64,000 nucleotides of DNA from Meiothermus sp. (GCA_033762915.1 JANRLD010000026.1:32001-96000); one strand, 5' to 3'; counted from the stretch's first letter, positions 9,457 to 19,576 are shown. The notes: generated by a model not told the origin, from the sequence alone. Translations and numbers: made by a program.

Positions 9457-11430
9457 CTAGGCCTCGGTTTTGGCTTGCTTTTCGGCGATGACCTTCTGGG
9501 CCAGGTTGGGCGGCACCTCGGCGTAGTGGCTGAACTCGAGGCTGTACGCGCCCGTGCCTTGGGTCAGCCCCGACAGGGTGCGGCTGTACTCGAGCACCTC
9601 TGCCAGCGGGGCCTCGGCGTTCACGACCGCCAGCGCGCCGTCTTGATCCATCCCCAGAATCCGCCCGCGCCGCGACTGCATGTCCGAGAGGATGTCGCCC
9701 ACCCGCTCCTGCGGGACAAAGATCTTCAGGGTGTAGACGGGCTCGAGGAGGGTCGGGCTGCACTGGGTGATCACGGTCTTGAAGGCCAGCTGGGCGGCAA
9801 GCTGGAAGGCCATGTCGGAGGAGTCGACGTCGTGATAGGAGCCGTGGTAGACGCTGGCCTTGTAGCCGATCACCGGGTAGCCGGCCAGCACGCCCTGCCG
9901 GGCGGCGTCCTTGATGCCCATCTCCACCGACTCGGTGTACTTGGTGGGAATGACGCCGCCCGTAATCTCCCAGACGAACTGGTAGTCCTCGTGGGGCTCG
10001 AGCCGCAGGTGCACGTCGCCGTACTGCCCGTGGCCGCCGGACTGTTTCTTATGCTTGCCTTGGCCCTCGGCCTTGCGGCGGATGGTCTCGCGGTAGGGGA
10101 TTTTGGGCGGCTTAGAGGTGACCTTCACGCCGTAGTCGGCCAGGCGCTCCTTGGCGGTCTCGAGGTGCAGGTCGCCCATGCCCCAGAGGATCTGCTCGGA
10201 GGTCTCGGGGTTGCGCTCGAACTTGAGGCTGGGGTCTTCCTCCAGCAGCTTCCGCAGCGCGTCGCCCAGCTTGGCCTCGTCGCCCCGGCTCTCCGGCGCG
10301 ATGGCCACCATCGCCACGGGGTCGGGAAGCCGGGCCGAGGGGAACTCCAGGCGCGTCCCCGTCCACAGCTCCATGCCCTTGTGCAGGCTGTCGGCCTTGG
10401 GCAGCGCCAGGATGGTGCCGGCCTCGGCCTCCTCGAGTTCGACCAGGTCCTTGCCCTTGGCGGTGTAGACGTGGGCCAGCCGCACCGTGCCGCCGTCGGA
10501 CTGCAGGGTGTCGCCCGCCTTCAGTTTTCCCCGGTACAGCCGGGCGAAGGCCACCTGCCCCATGAAGGGGTCGACCTGCACCTTAAAGACCTTGGCCGCG
10601 CAGCTACCCTCGCCCCAGCGCTCGGTGGGGGAGGGTAGGGCCTCAAGGAACAGATCCAGCAGCAGGTCGAGGCCGATGAGGGCGCCCGAGGAGCCGATCG
10701 CCACCGGGAAGACCTGCCCCTTGCGCACTGCCTCGTGGAAGGCGCGGGAGAGCGCCACCTCCTCGACCTCGCCACCCTCGAGGTATTTCTCCAGCAAGCT
10801 CTCGTCGGTCTCGATGATGGCTTCTCTGGCCTCGTTGCGGTACTTCTCGACGGCGGCCTTCTGGTCTTCGGGGATGCTGGTGACGACCGGGCGGCCCTTC
10901 TCGTACCGGAAGGCCCGGTCGTGGAGCACGTCAATCAGCCCCACCCACTGCCCGCCCTCGTAGAGCGGCAGGTGGGCCGGGATGATGTGGCCTAGCGTCG
11001 AGCGCAGGTCCTCGAGGAGCGAAAAAAAGTCGCCACCTTTCTCGAGCTTGGTGACGACGATCATGCGCGGGAGCTCTAGACGCTCAGCGACCGTCCACGC
11101 CCGCTCGGTGCCGATCTGCACCCCCGCCTCCGCCGAGACCGCCACCACCGCCGCGTCCGCTGCCTCCATCGCCGAGCGAATTTCGCCCACGAAGTCGGCG
11201 TAGCCTGGCGCGTCGAGCATGTAAATCTTGTGCCCCTGGTAGGTCAGCGGCAGCACCGCCGTGCGCACCGAGACGTGGTGGGCCTTCTCCTCGGGGGTGT
11301 AGTCGGAGGTGGTGTTGCCGTCCTCTACCTTGCCCATGCGGTCCTTGCCCCCGGTGAAGTAGAGGAGCGCCTCACCGAGAGTGGTTTTTCCACTGCCGCT
11401 ATGACCTACCAGAGCCAGCGTGCGAATCAT
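9457..11430 (-). CDS. fusA2: Elongation factor G paralogue (EF-G2)
   Basis: GHSGSGKTT, DAPGYADF, GMGDLHLE, PYRETI, KKQSGGHGQYG, YHDVDSSDMAF; SD AAGGAGG. Confidence 0.93.
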   Translation of the reverse strand: MIRTLALVGHSGSGKTTLGEALLYFTGGKDRMGKVEDGNTTSDYTPEEKAHHVSVRTAVLPLTYQGHKIYMLDAPGYADFVGEIRSAMEAADAAVVAVSAEAGVQIGTERAWTVAERLELPRMIVVTKLEKGGDFFSLLEDLRSTLGHIIPAHLPLYEGGQWVGLIDVLHDRAFRYEKGRPVVTSIPEDQKAAVEKYRNEAREAIIETDESLLEKYLEGGEVEEVALSRAFHEAVRKGQVFPVAIGSSGALIGLDLLLDLFLEALPSPTERWGEGSCAAKVFKVQVDPFMGQVAFARLYRGKLKAGDTLQSDGGTVRLAHVYTAKGKDLVELEEAEAGTILALPKADSLHKGMELWTGTRLEFPSARLPDPVAMVAIAPESRGDEAKLGDALRKLLEEDPSLKFERNPETSEQILWGMGDLHLETAKERLADYGVKVTSKPPKIPYRETIRRKAEGQGKHKKQSGGHGQYGDVHLRLEPHEDYQFVWEITGGVIPTKYTESVEMGIKDAARQGVLAGYPVIGYKASVYHGSYHDVDSSDMAFQLAAQLAFKTVITQCSPTLLEPVYTLKIFVPQERVGDILSDMQSRRGRILGMDQDGALAVVNAEAPLAEVLEYSRTLSGLTQGTGAYSLEFSHYAEVPPNLAQKVIAEKQAKTEA

Positions 11431-11717
11431 CCTTCGCCTCCTTTGTGCCCGCCGCCCGAGGGGTACAAAAAACCCATCTACCTATAGCCACGGTAGAACC
11501 GTTTCGGGGAGCGCTGCGATTGTGGGGCAAGTCTACATCTTTGGCAGATGAAAAAACACCCAGAGGAATGTCCCTCCGCGAAAAGAGAGCAGGAGAAAAA
11601 GGCGAAGGGAAGAACTCGAGTCGGTTCAGCTCACCGCACCATCAGGGGAGGCGGCGCGCCGAATGCGGACTGCCATAGAAGCCTCCGCGATCCTTTCGTT
11701 TGCTGCGAGGTAATGAC

Positions 11718-11775
11718 GCTCTATGGCAAAAACCGCCCGCTTTAGCGCTGTAGGGAGTATGCGTGGGAACTGCTC
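11718..11775. mobile_element. MITE/REP-like element copy 2 (partial)
   Basis: GCAAAAACCGCCCGCTTTAGCGCTGTAGGGAGTATGCGTGGGAAC, near-identical to the 5527 and 28463 copies. Confidence 0.65.
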
Positions 11776-11793
11776 CAGGGCGCAGAAAGCCCC

Positions 11794-11827
11794 AAAAAAG
11801 CCACCTGCTCGAGCCGAGCAGGTGGCT
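11794..11827 (-). terminator. Intrinsic terminator after the lipoprotein gene
   Basis: 13-bp perfect stem AGCCACCTGCTCG/CGAGCAGGTGGCT followed by a T-run on the minus strand. Confidence 0.8.
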
Positions 11828-11860
11828 AAATGCTAACCTCTAGCGGCTAACCGCCCACCC

Positions 11861-14800
11861 TCAGGGGTTCACCGTGGTCATGTCCACGAAGGTATAGCCC
11901 AGGTTTCGGATCTCGCGGATGATGCGCTCGAGTTCCGACAAGGGATAGCCGTCCGCGCCGGTGTAGCCGGGGGCGGTGATGGAGGGGTGGGTGAAGAAGC
12001 TGGCCCAGGGGCAGCGCAACGGGCGGTTGGCCCGCGCCAGCTCGATGATGTCGTTGGGGCGCTTGGTGGCGTCGATGTACTCGAGGGTCTCGGGCACGAT
12101 TAAAGCACCGGAAACGTCGCGCAGGGCGTAGGGGAAGAACTGGCCGGTGGTCATGGTTCCGGCGCGGTAGAGGCGGCCCTCAAAGAAGCGGGGGAAGAGC
12201 GGGTTGACAAGCGGGTAGAAGTCCGGCTCCATCTCGTAGTGGGGGGTCGTCCAGCCGACCGGGGTGAGGCCCAGGTCGCGCAGGATCTGGTTGCCGGCGT
12301 TGATGCGGTTGACCGCACCCTGGGCGGTCAGGCCCGCTATCGGCCCGGAAGTGTTGACGTTCCAGAACTCCCAGTCGATCACCGAGACCCCCAGCGGCAG
12401 CCGCAGGTTCTCGTACTGGTGGGTGTAGCCGTGCTGGATAATGCGCCCGCCGATGCGCTCGACCCGGCGGAGCTGCTCCAGCATGGCGGGCCGGTCCTGC
12501 CAGCGGATCTGGGTGACGGGGGTGGTGCGGTTGTCGGTGTAGAGGGGCACCGCCGTCACCGCGAAGGGCACCTGAAGGCGCTCGAGCAGGTCCAGCACGG
12601 CGCGGAAGGCCGCCACGTCGTACTCAGCGGTGATGTCCTCGAGCCGCAACAGCGCCCTCGGCTGGCAGCTCTGGGGGCGGCCGACCATCTCGGCGATCAG
12701 GTCGGCGAAGACCAGGTAGCGGTCGCCCCGGTAGATATAGGTGAGGGGGTTGTCGGCCACGAACCAGAAGTTGCGCCGCTGCACCACGTAGGGCAGCACC
12801 GTGCCGGGGGTATTGCGGATGGTGGCGTGGGTGACCGCGTCGGTCACCCCGGAGGCCACCGCTACCTCGATCAGCTCGAGGGGGGCCCGCTGCTTGCGGT
12901 AGTTGTAGCCCTTATAAGACACAGTGTTGAAGCCGTTGGTGCTGTCGTACTGCGCGGCCGAGCTGGTCGAGCGCACCTGGCGGTAGACCAGCCCCAGGCT
13001 GTTCTGCTGGGTGCTGCTGAACTGCCAGTAGTTGTAGCCGATCCAGGTGACCGGGGCTCCGTTGAGGATGTCGGTGCGGAAGGCGGCGGGGATCGGCTCA
13101 TCAAAAACCGAGCCCAGGTAGAAGGTGCGCACCGTGTTGCCGGCCTGACCGGCCTGGTAGCTGGTGATGGGCTGGAGGATAACCTGGAAGTTGAAGCGTC
13201 CCAGCAGGTTGGCCAGCATGGTGGCGTAGAGTCGGGCGGCGTCGGTGTCGTTGTAGGCCTGGGTGCCCACTCGCTCGTCGGGGAAGACCCGGTTGGCGGC
13301 GGCGGTGGGGACGCTGTAGAGGACCCGCACCACGCCGCTCACCGAGGGGGCAGGGGTGGTGACCGAGAGTTCCACTCCCGAACTGCTGCCCGCGCCGTTC
13401 GCGGCCCGCAGGCGGTAGGTATAGGCGGTGCTGGCGGTGAGGCCGGAGTCGGTGTAGGTGGTGGCGGTGATGTTGCCGCCAATGCCGACGTAGGCCCCGG
13501 CGCCGGTGCGGCGCTCGAGGGTGTAGCCGGTGGCCCCGCTCGAGGCGCTCCAGCTCAGGGTTACGCCGGTTGGGGTCAGGTTGCTGCTGGCAAAGCCGGT
13601 GGGGTTGGCGGGTGGGGTGGGGGGTGGGGGGGCGGTCTCGGGGCTGAGGTTGAGGTCGTCGAACTGGCAGTCCTGGGCGGCGGTGGCGAGGTAGACGGCG
13701 GCCCAGGTGGTGCCTGCGGTCAGGGCCTGGGTCAGGTTTCTCTCTTCCCAGGTGGTGCCCTGGAAGCTAAGGGTGCGCGAGAACAGCACGCTGTTGCCGT
13801 TGCCCCCGGTGAACCCGATGGTGCAGGTTCCCCCCGCCGTGGTCTTGGCCCAGCCGCGCAGCACATAGTTGGTGCCGATGAGGAGGCTCGAGAAATCCAG
13901 GTCTTGTTGCACCCAGATGTAGTTGTTGCCCTGCAGGGCCTGACCGCCGGTGCGGCCTGCCACGCTGGTGGGAGTTCCGCCGAAGCTCTCCCAAGCCCCG
14001 CCGACCCCGCCTTCGAATCCGGGGTTGATCAGCAGGTTGCTGCTGGGCGGCGGGGGCGGGGGTGGGGGAGTCCCACCCGCAGTCAGGCTGAGGTCGTCGA
14101 AGCGGCACTCGCTGGTGTTGGAGGAGAGGAAGACTACTATCCAGGCGGTTCCAGCCGGCGGCGTGACGCCGACGGCCTTGCGCTCCCAGTCGCCTGTAAA
14201 GCTGAGGGTCTGGCTAAAGCTGGCCGTACTGCCGCTGCCGCCTTGCACCCCAACCGTGCAGACCCGCCCGCCCACCGAGCGGCCCCAGCCCTCGAGGGTG
14301 TAGTTGAGGCCCGCTTGCACAAAGTTGTCGGGCAGGTCCTGCTGCACCCAGGCGAAGCTGGAAGCCGAGGCTGCCTGACCCGTTCCGCCGCGCCCGGGGG
14401 TCACGGCGCTGAAGCTGCCGCCGTAGCGCACCCAGTTGCCCGTGCCGGACTCGAAGCCGGGGTTGAGCAGGAGGTTCTGGCCGGTGGGCACCGCCATGGC
14501 CTCGAGGCTTGCCGAGGGCGTGGGGGTCAGGTGGGAGCGGGGGATGGTCTGGCGCTCCTGGCTGGGGCTGCTCCACTCGAGGTGCAGCGCGGCCTCGGGG
14601 CCGGTCTTGACGAACTCAAGGCGGAGGTCGTAGGCGCGGCCTGCCTCGAGGCGAACCTCCTGGCCCTCGGCCACCGGTCGGCCGTCCAGCCAGAGCTGGG
14701 CCTGGCCGGTGGCGTTCAAGAAGAAGCGGTAGGGCTCGCTGTGCTGCGGGCGTACCTGACCCTGCCAGCGGGCGCTGAAGGCCCCCGGCCTCATCCCGAT

Positions 14801-14998
14801 GGCGGGCTCGGCGCTGCCCCACTCGAAGCGCACCTGGCGGTGGCGCTGGACGGTGGCCGGGCCACCAAACTGCTGGCCCGAAAAGTACTGCCCCTCTAGG
14901 CCCAAAAGCGTTCCGCTCGAGCCGCCGGGTGGCGAGGCGCACCCCACTAGCCCCAGCAGCCCAAGAACCAAGACCCCCCGCACGCTTCCTCGTCTCAT
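11861..14998 (-). CDS. Lipoprotein: PA14 + 2 carbohydrate-binding modules + Fn3 + DUF2334-like polysaccharide deacetylase
   Basis: Lipobox LVGC; PA14 FSARWQG...LEWSSP; duplicated NLL(L/I)NPGFE...C(R/Q)FDDL modules; Pro linkers; Fn3 LSWSAS...YTYRLRA; NodB-like LRLEDI, HGYTH, TTPHY. Confidence 0.8.
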   Translation of the reverse strand: MRRGSVRGVLVLGLLGLVGCASPPGGSSGTLLGLEGQYFSGQQFGGPATVQRHRQVRFEWGSAEPAIGMRPGAFSARWQGQVRPQHSEPYRFFLNATGQAQLWLDGRPVAEGQEVRLEAGRAYDLRLEFVKTGPEAALHLEWSSPSQERQTIPRSHLTPTPSASLEAMAVPTGQNLLLNPGFESGTGNWVRYGGSFSAVTPGRGGTGQAASASSFAWVQQDLPDNFVQAGLNYTLEGWGRSVGGRVCTVGVQGGSGSTASFSQTLSFTGDWERKAVGVTPPAGTAWIVVFLSSNTSECRFDDLSLTAGGTPPPPPPPPSSNLLINPGFEGGVGGAWESFGGTPTSVAGRTGGQALQGNNYIWVQQDLDFSSLLIGTNYVLRGWAKTTAGGTCTIGFTGGNGNSVLFSRTLSFQGTTWEERNLTQALTAGTTWAAVYLATAAQDCQFDDLNLSPETAPPPPTPPANPTGFASSNLTPTGVTLSWSASSGATGYTLERRTGAGAYVGIGGNITATTYTDSGLTASTAYTYRLRAANGAGSSSGVELSVTTPAPSVSGVVRVLYSVPTAAANRVFPDERVGTQAYNDTDAARLYATMLANLLGRFNFQVILQPITSYQAGQAGNTVRTFYLGSVFDEPIPAAFRTDILNGAPVTWIGYNYWQFSSTQQNSLGLVYRQVRSTSSAAQYDSTNGFNTVSYKGYNYRKQRAPLELIEVAVASGVTDAVTHATIRNTPGTVLPYVVQRRNFWFVADNPLTYIYRGDRYLVFADLIAEMVGRPQSCQPRALLRLEDITAEYDVAAFRAVLDLLERLQVPFAVTAVPLYTDNRTTPVTQIRWQDRPAMLEQLRRVERIGGRIIQHGYTHQYENLRLPLGVSVIDWEFWNVNTSGPIAGLTAQGAVNRINAGNQILRDLGLTPVGWTTPHYEMEPDFYPLVNPLFPRFFEGRLYRAGTMTTGQFFPYALRDVSGALIVPETLEYIDATKRPNDIIELARANRPLRCPWASFFTHPSITAPGYTGADGYPLSELERIIREIRNLGYTFVDMTTVNP

Positions 14999-15235
14999 GC
15001 TTCTCCTCTAGTTTTCCCCGTTCGGCCCCTTTGCCCAGAGGCGGTTCAGGTTTGAGCGCTTACTATAGACTCTCGAATAAACAGCCTACGGCATTGTGCG
15101 ACACGATAAAACCCTTACATCCATCCACAGCTTACATGTGTTTCGTCTGCCCAGCCTCGTTATTGTTTGCGTTATCCGCGGCGCACCAATTTTTCGCCGA
15201 ACCGGCGGGTTCCCGCTTTGGCGAAAGAATAATTC

Positions 15236-15331
15236 TAGAGCGGTTCCCACGAACACTCGGCACGGCGGTTTTTACCGTACCGAGAGCGATACTCCGCACC
15301 GTGGGCGGAGTATGGGTGGGAAACGCGACAA
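15236..15331. mobile_element. MITE/REP-like element copy 3 (complete)
   Basis: TAGAGCGGTTCCCAC...GTGGGAAACGCGACA; internal hairpin homologous to 28402-28462. Confidence 0.7.
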
Positions 15332-15438
15332 GGGGCATTTCGGGCTCCATTAACTCCAGAACCCCTCGAGGCGGGGCTCGAGGGGCCAGAATGACCGGAT
15401 TCTTTTGTAACCGTAGGCGTAACGCCTTAGCGCCGGCT

Positions 15439-16389
15439 TTAGTGGAGTACCGGCTCGCCCTGGCTGAGCGCCTTGAAGTAGGCGATGGTGCGGGTCAGGC
15501 CGTCGCGCACCGCCACCTTGGGCTCCCAGCCCAGCAAGGCCTTGGCCCGGCTGATGTCGGGGCGGCGCTGACGGGGGTCGTCCTGGGGCAGCGGCTCGTG
15601 GATCAGCGGCATCTTCGAGCCGACCAACTCCTGGGTGAGCTGGGCCAGCTCGAGCATGGTGAACTCCTCGGGGTTGCCCAGGTTGACCGGCTGGTGGTAC
15701 TCCACCTCCATTAGGCGGCGGATCCCCTCCACGAGATCGTCCACGTACTGGAAGCTGCGGGTCTGGCTGCCGTCGCCGTAAATGGTCAGGGGCCTACCCT
15801 GGAGGGCCTGGTTAACGAAGTTGGTGACCACCCGCCCGTCCTCGGCGTCCATGCGCGGGCCGTAGGTGTTGAAGATGCGGATGGTGCGGGTCGAGACCCC
15901 CCTGGCCTGCTGGTAGGCCAGGGTGAGGGTCTCGGCGTAGCGCTTGGCCTCGTCGTAGATCGAGCGCGGCCCCACCGAGTTGACATTGCCCCAGTAGGTT
16001 TCGGGCTGCGGGTGCACCAGCGGGTCGCCGTAAATCTCGCTGGTCGAGGCCAGGAAGAACTTCGCGCCCTTCGCCACCGCCAGGTCGAGTAGGTGCCGGG
16101 TGCCCTCGCCGTTGACCAGGAGGGTCTCGATGGGCAGCTTAAGGTAGCGCGGCGGCGAGGCCGGGGAGGCGAAGTGCATCACCCAGTCGAGGTCGCCATC
16201 CGCCTCGAGGGGCTTGGAGGCGTCGGCCTGGACGAAGTGAAACTGGGGGAACTTCGAGAGCAGTTCGACATTGCGGCGCTGTCCGCTCGAGAAGTCGTCC
16301 ACGCCCACGACTGTGTGGCCTTCCCTGAGCAGCCGCTCGCTTAAGTGGCTGCCCAGGAAGCCCGCCGCGCCTGTAATGAGGATTCGCAT
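15439..16389 (-). CDS. uxs: UDP-glucuronate decarboxylase (UDP-xylose synthase family SDR)
   Basis: MRILITGAAGFLGSHL, HFASPASP, STSEIYGDP..HPQ.E.YWGNVN, YDEAKR, RIFNTYGPRM, DDPRQRRPDI; start ATG 16389. Confidence 0.88.
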   Translation of the reverse strand: MRILITGAAGFLGSHLSERLLREGHTVVGVDDFSSGQRRNVELLSKFPQFHFVQADASKPLEADGDLDWVMHFASPASPPRYLKLPIETLLVNGEGTRHLLDLAVAKGAKFFLASTSEIYGDPLVHPQPETYWGNVNSVGPRSIYDEAKRYAETLTLAYQQARGVSTRTIRIFNTYGPRMDAEDGRVVTNFVNQALQGRPLTIYGDGSQTRSFQYVDDLVEGIRRLMEVEYHQPVNLGNPEEFTMLELAQLTQELVGSKMPLIHEPLPQDDPRQRRPDISRAKALLGWEPKVAVRDGLTRTIAYFKALSQGEPVLH

Positions 16390-16519
16390 GTTGGTCACCT
16401 TGGTTCTGCTGGCTGAGGGGAATGGTGCAAGATAAGAACGACAAATAGAGGGGAAGGGGGTTGGAAGGAGAAGGCAACAGGGTAAACCCAATGATTGCTC
16501 TCTCCTGCTCCCTCGCCGG

Positions 16520-17926
16520 TTATCCCTCCGCCGTCACCAACTGCGGGTTGGTTCCGGTCCCCACGCCGACGTGGTGGAAGCCGGCCTTGGTCAGGCGCTT
16601 CTTGTCGAGGTAGTTGCGCCCGTCCACCACCAGGGGTTTCTTCATCAGCCGGGCCATACCCTCCCAGTCGAGGTCGCGGTAGACGGCCCAGTCGGTCACC
16701 AGCACCACCGCGTCGGCGTCCTCGGCCAGGTCCATCACGCTCTCGCAGTACTCGACCGCGAGGTCGGGGTTCTGTTGCTTGGCGTGCTCGAGGGCGATCG
16801 GGTCGTGCACCCGCACCCTCGCACCGCGCTCGATCAGGCGCTGGGCCATGTCCAGGGCCGGGGAGTCGCGCAGGTCGTCGGTGTTGGGCTTGAAGGCCAG
16901 ACCCAGCAGCCCGATGGTACGGCCTTTCAGAATCTTGAGCTCGCGCTGGAGTTTCTCGACCATGCGCTCGCGCTGGCGGTAGTTGACCTCGCGGGCGGCC
17001 TGCACGATGGGCATGGAGAGGCCGTACTCCTTGCCGGTGGTGACCAGCGCGGCGGTGTCCTTGCCGAAGCAGCTCCCCCCCCAGCCGATGCCGGCCTGGA
17101 GGAAGCGGGGGCCGATGCGGCTGTCGAGGCCGATGCCGCGGGCGATCTGGGTCACGTCCGCGCCCACCCGCTCGGCCAGCGAGCCGATCTCGTTGATGAA
17201 GCTGATCTTCACCGATAGGAAGGCGTTGGCGGCGTACTTGATGAGTTCGGCGGAGGCCAAATCGGCGGAGATGAGGGGCACCGCCTTCATCGCCTCGGGG
17301 CGGGGCTGGAAGCTGGGGGCGGTGAAGCTCTGCTCGATCAGGGGGCGGTAGAGGTTGTAGAGGGTCTCGAGGGCCTCTTCCTTCTCTGCCCCGACCACGA
17401 TGCGGTCGGGGTACAAGCTGTCGTAGATGGCCGAGCCTTCGCGCAGGAACTCGGGGTTGGAGGCCACCGCGAAGTTGCCCTTGGCCTTGCGCCCGTGTTT
17501 GGCCTCGTAGGCCCCCTGCACCAGCGACTCCACCCAGTTGCCCGAGCCGATGGGGACGGTGGACTTGTTCACGATCACGGCGAACTTGCCGTTCAGTTGC
17601 GAGCCGATGCCCTCGGCGGCGGCCTGGACGTACTTAAGGTTGGGTGAGCCGTCGGCGGCGGAGGGAGTGCCCACGGCGATGTAGATCACGTCGGCGTCGG
17701 GGACGGCCTCGGCGTAGTTGTCGGTGAATTTAAGCCGCTCCCTCGCGGCGTACATCAGCTCCTCGAGGCCCGGCTCGTAGATGTGGGCCTTGCCCGAGCG
17801 CAGCAGGGCCAGCTTCTTGGGATCCACGTCCACGCAGGTAACCTCGTGGCCCACGTAAGCCAAGGTGACGCCGGTGGTGATACCGACATAGCCTGTACCG
17901 ATAACCGCAACTTTCATTGCCTTCAT
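16520..17926 (-). CDS. ugd: UDP-glucose 6-dehydrogenase
   Basis: IGTGYVG, IAVGTP, NKSTVP, NPEFLREG, KYAANAFL, GWGGSCFGKD, FKPNTDDLR. Confidence 0.93.
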   Translation of the reverse strand: MKAMKVAVIGTGYVGITTGVTLAYVGHEVTCVDVDPKKLALLRSGKAHIYEPGLEELMYAARERLKFTDNYAEAVPDADVIYIAVGTPSAADGSPNLKYVQAAAEGIGSQLNGKFAVIVNKSTVPIGSGNWVESLVQGAYEAKHGRKAKGNFAVASNPEFLREGSAIYDSLYPDRIVVGAEKEEALETLYNLYRPLIEQSFTAPSFQPRPEAMKAVPLISADLASAELIKYAANAFLSVKISFINEIGSLAERVGADVTQIARGIGLDSRIGPRFLQAGIGWGGSCFGKDTAALVTTGKEYGLSMPIVQAAREVNYRQRERMVEKLQRELKILKGRTIGLLGLAFKPNTDDLRDSPALDMAQRLIERGARVRVHDPIALEHAKQQNPDLAVEYCESVMDLAEDADAVVLVTDWAVYRDLDWEGMARLMKKPLVVDGRNYLDKKRLTKAGFHHVGVGTGTNPQLVTAEG

Positions 17927-17984
17927 GCTCTTGCTCCTTGGCTGCCCTGTCGTTGGCAGGGCGAATAGGCCGAAGACCTAACGA

Positions 17985-18012
17985 TTTTGAGTGTACTCGC
18001 TCTCACTCAAAA
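17985..18012. promoter_or_regulatory. Palindrome upstream of ugd overlapping a candidate -10
   Basis: TTTTGAGTG-N10-CACTCAAAA perfect 9-bp arms; contains TACACT on the minus strand. Confidence 0.5.
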
Positions 18013-18188
18013 GTTAACCCCAAATAACCGCAACCTCCGAGGTTTTCGTCGTGCCTGCCTGAATTTTTATGGCTTGACGTTACAGGAGGGTGAAAAATGC
18101 ATGTGCGTTAGTCACGCTCGAGATGAAGGGCGTTAAGAAGTGGTCGGGTGCGCCGATCCGGGCCGCTGCAGGGTGGCTCCCTTGCCGG

Positions 18189-18303
18189 GGGCGGTTCTCA
18201 CGACTGCCCCGCACTTTCGGGCCTGTCGGCGGAGTACCTTACGCCCGCTTTAGCGCTGCTTTAGCGCATCTCTGCGCGGGGCGTAAGCGTTGGGAACCGC
18301 AGT
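18189..18303. mobile_element. MITE/REP-like element copy 4 (degenerate)
   Basis: GCGGTTCTCACGA at one end, TGGGAACCGC at the other; internal GCGGAGTA and CGCCCGCTTTAGCGCTG shared with other copies. Confidence 0.5.
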
Positions 18304-18316
18304 GAGCAGCTGCCCA

Positions 18317-19576
18317 TTAACTGCCGGCCTCCCTCAGGGCGCTTTCCCGCGCCTTGTCGGCGTTCTTGCGCATCCGCCAGACCAGATACCCCACCGCCCC
18401 CAGCCGCAGCAGCAGCGATACCACGATGGGGAAGTGGTAGGGGGTGGGGCCGAACTGCAGCACGGCATGCAGACTGCCCAGGATGCCGCCCAGCACCGAA
18501 CCCAGGACGCCGCCCAGCGCGAAGGAGAGCCAGTAGAGCGAGAGGTAGAGGTTGCGGCGCTCGGGGCTCGCGCCTTGCAGGACGATGTTGGTGAGGGCAG
18601 TGCCCAGCCCCACCCAGGCGATGGCATCTATGACGGCGGAGGCCCAGATGGGCTCGAGGAAGCCGGGCCGCCCCAACAGCCACAGCCCCGGCAGCAGCAC
18701 GGCGGCCACCACGCTGGTGAAGAGCAGCACCCACCAGTGCCCGATGCGGTCGGCGATGCGCCCCCATAGCGGCCCCATCACCAGCCCGGTTACTGCCGAG
18801 ATCACCGTCCAAAGCCCGATCTGGGTAAAGCTCATCTGGGTGTACTCGAGGAACAGCGGGATGGCGAACGGTCCGCCCACGCTCACCGCCCCCAGAAAGA
18901 AGACCACGAAGCCCAAAAAGCCCCGGAAGGTGCGGTCGGAGAGGGGGGAGAAGAACTCCTTCAGGGTGGGGGCCGAGGGGGTGGAGGGGGGCTCGAGCTG
19001 GAAGTGCAGGATGCGGGTGGCGGCGATGCCCAGCCCCACCCCCACCGCGATCACCAGCAGGAAGCCCCAGGGCTTGCCCAGCGCGTCTATCACCACGCCC
19101 GCCGCCAGGTTCCCTAGCGTCCCCACCAGCCCCAGCAGCCCGTTGCGGAAGCCGAAGTAGCGCCCGCGCTTTTCCTCGGGCACCAGGTCGGCCATCCAGC
19201 TCGTCCACAGCACGTTGACCGGCGAGATGATGAGTTGGCTCAGCGCCGCGAAGAGCAGCAGCCCCGGCACCCGCCAGTCCTCGGGCAGCAGCGGCAGGAA
19301 CAGCACCGCCCCGAACACCGCCCGCCCGGTCGCGGCCAGCCGGATGCTCAGCCGCTTGCGGCTGCCCCTAAAGAACAGCGCCGAGGGGGCCGCCATCTGG
19401 GCCACCAGCGGCAGTGCGCCCAGAACCGCCAGGGCCGCCGGGTTGGCCCCCAGCCACAGCGCATAGCCGGTGGTGACCACCCCGGTGGCCCAGTTGACAA
19501 AGATGACGGCCAGCGCCCCCTCCCAGATCGAGAGCTGTTGTGAGCGGCGGGGTTCGTCGGTCGGGAGCAGGGTCAC
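18317..19576 (-). CDS. MFS transporter
   Basis: About 12 TM segments; WMADLVPEEKRGRYFG and WGRIADRIGH loop motifs. Confidence 0.85.
   Translation of the reverse strand: MTLLPTDEPRRSQQLSIWEGALAVIFVNWATGVVTTGYALWLGANPAALAVLGALPLVAQMAAPSALFFRGSRKRLSIRLAATGRAVFGAVLFLPLLPEDWRVPGLLLFAALSQLIISPVNVLWTSWMADLVPEEKRGRYFGFRNGLLGLVGTLGNLAAGVVIDALGKPWGFLLVIAVGVGLGIAATRILHFQLEPPSTPSAPTLKEFFSPLSDRTFRGFLGFVVFFLGAVSVGGPFAIPLFLEYTQMSFTQIGLWTVISAVTGLVMGPLWGRIADRIGHWWVLLFTSVVAAVLLPGLWLLGRPGFLEPIWASAVIDAIAWVGLGTALTNIVLQGASPERRNLYLSLYWLSFALGGVLGSVLGGILGSLHAVLQFGPTPYHFPIVVSLLLRLGAVGYLVWRMRKNADKARESALREAGS

Noticed and set aside
11560..11710. Possible riboswitch upstream of EF-G2 (CGAAAGG..CGGAGG on the minus strand, c-di-AMP-like)
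   Set aside because: The remaining conserved elements of the aptamer were not found; an Rfam scan would be needed.
12239..14899. 886-aa plus-strand ORF
   Set aside because: Antisense to the clearly modular lipoprotein; no motifs.
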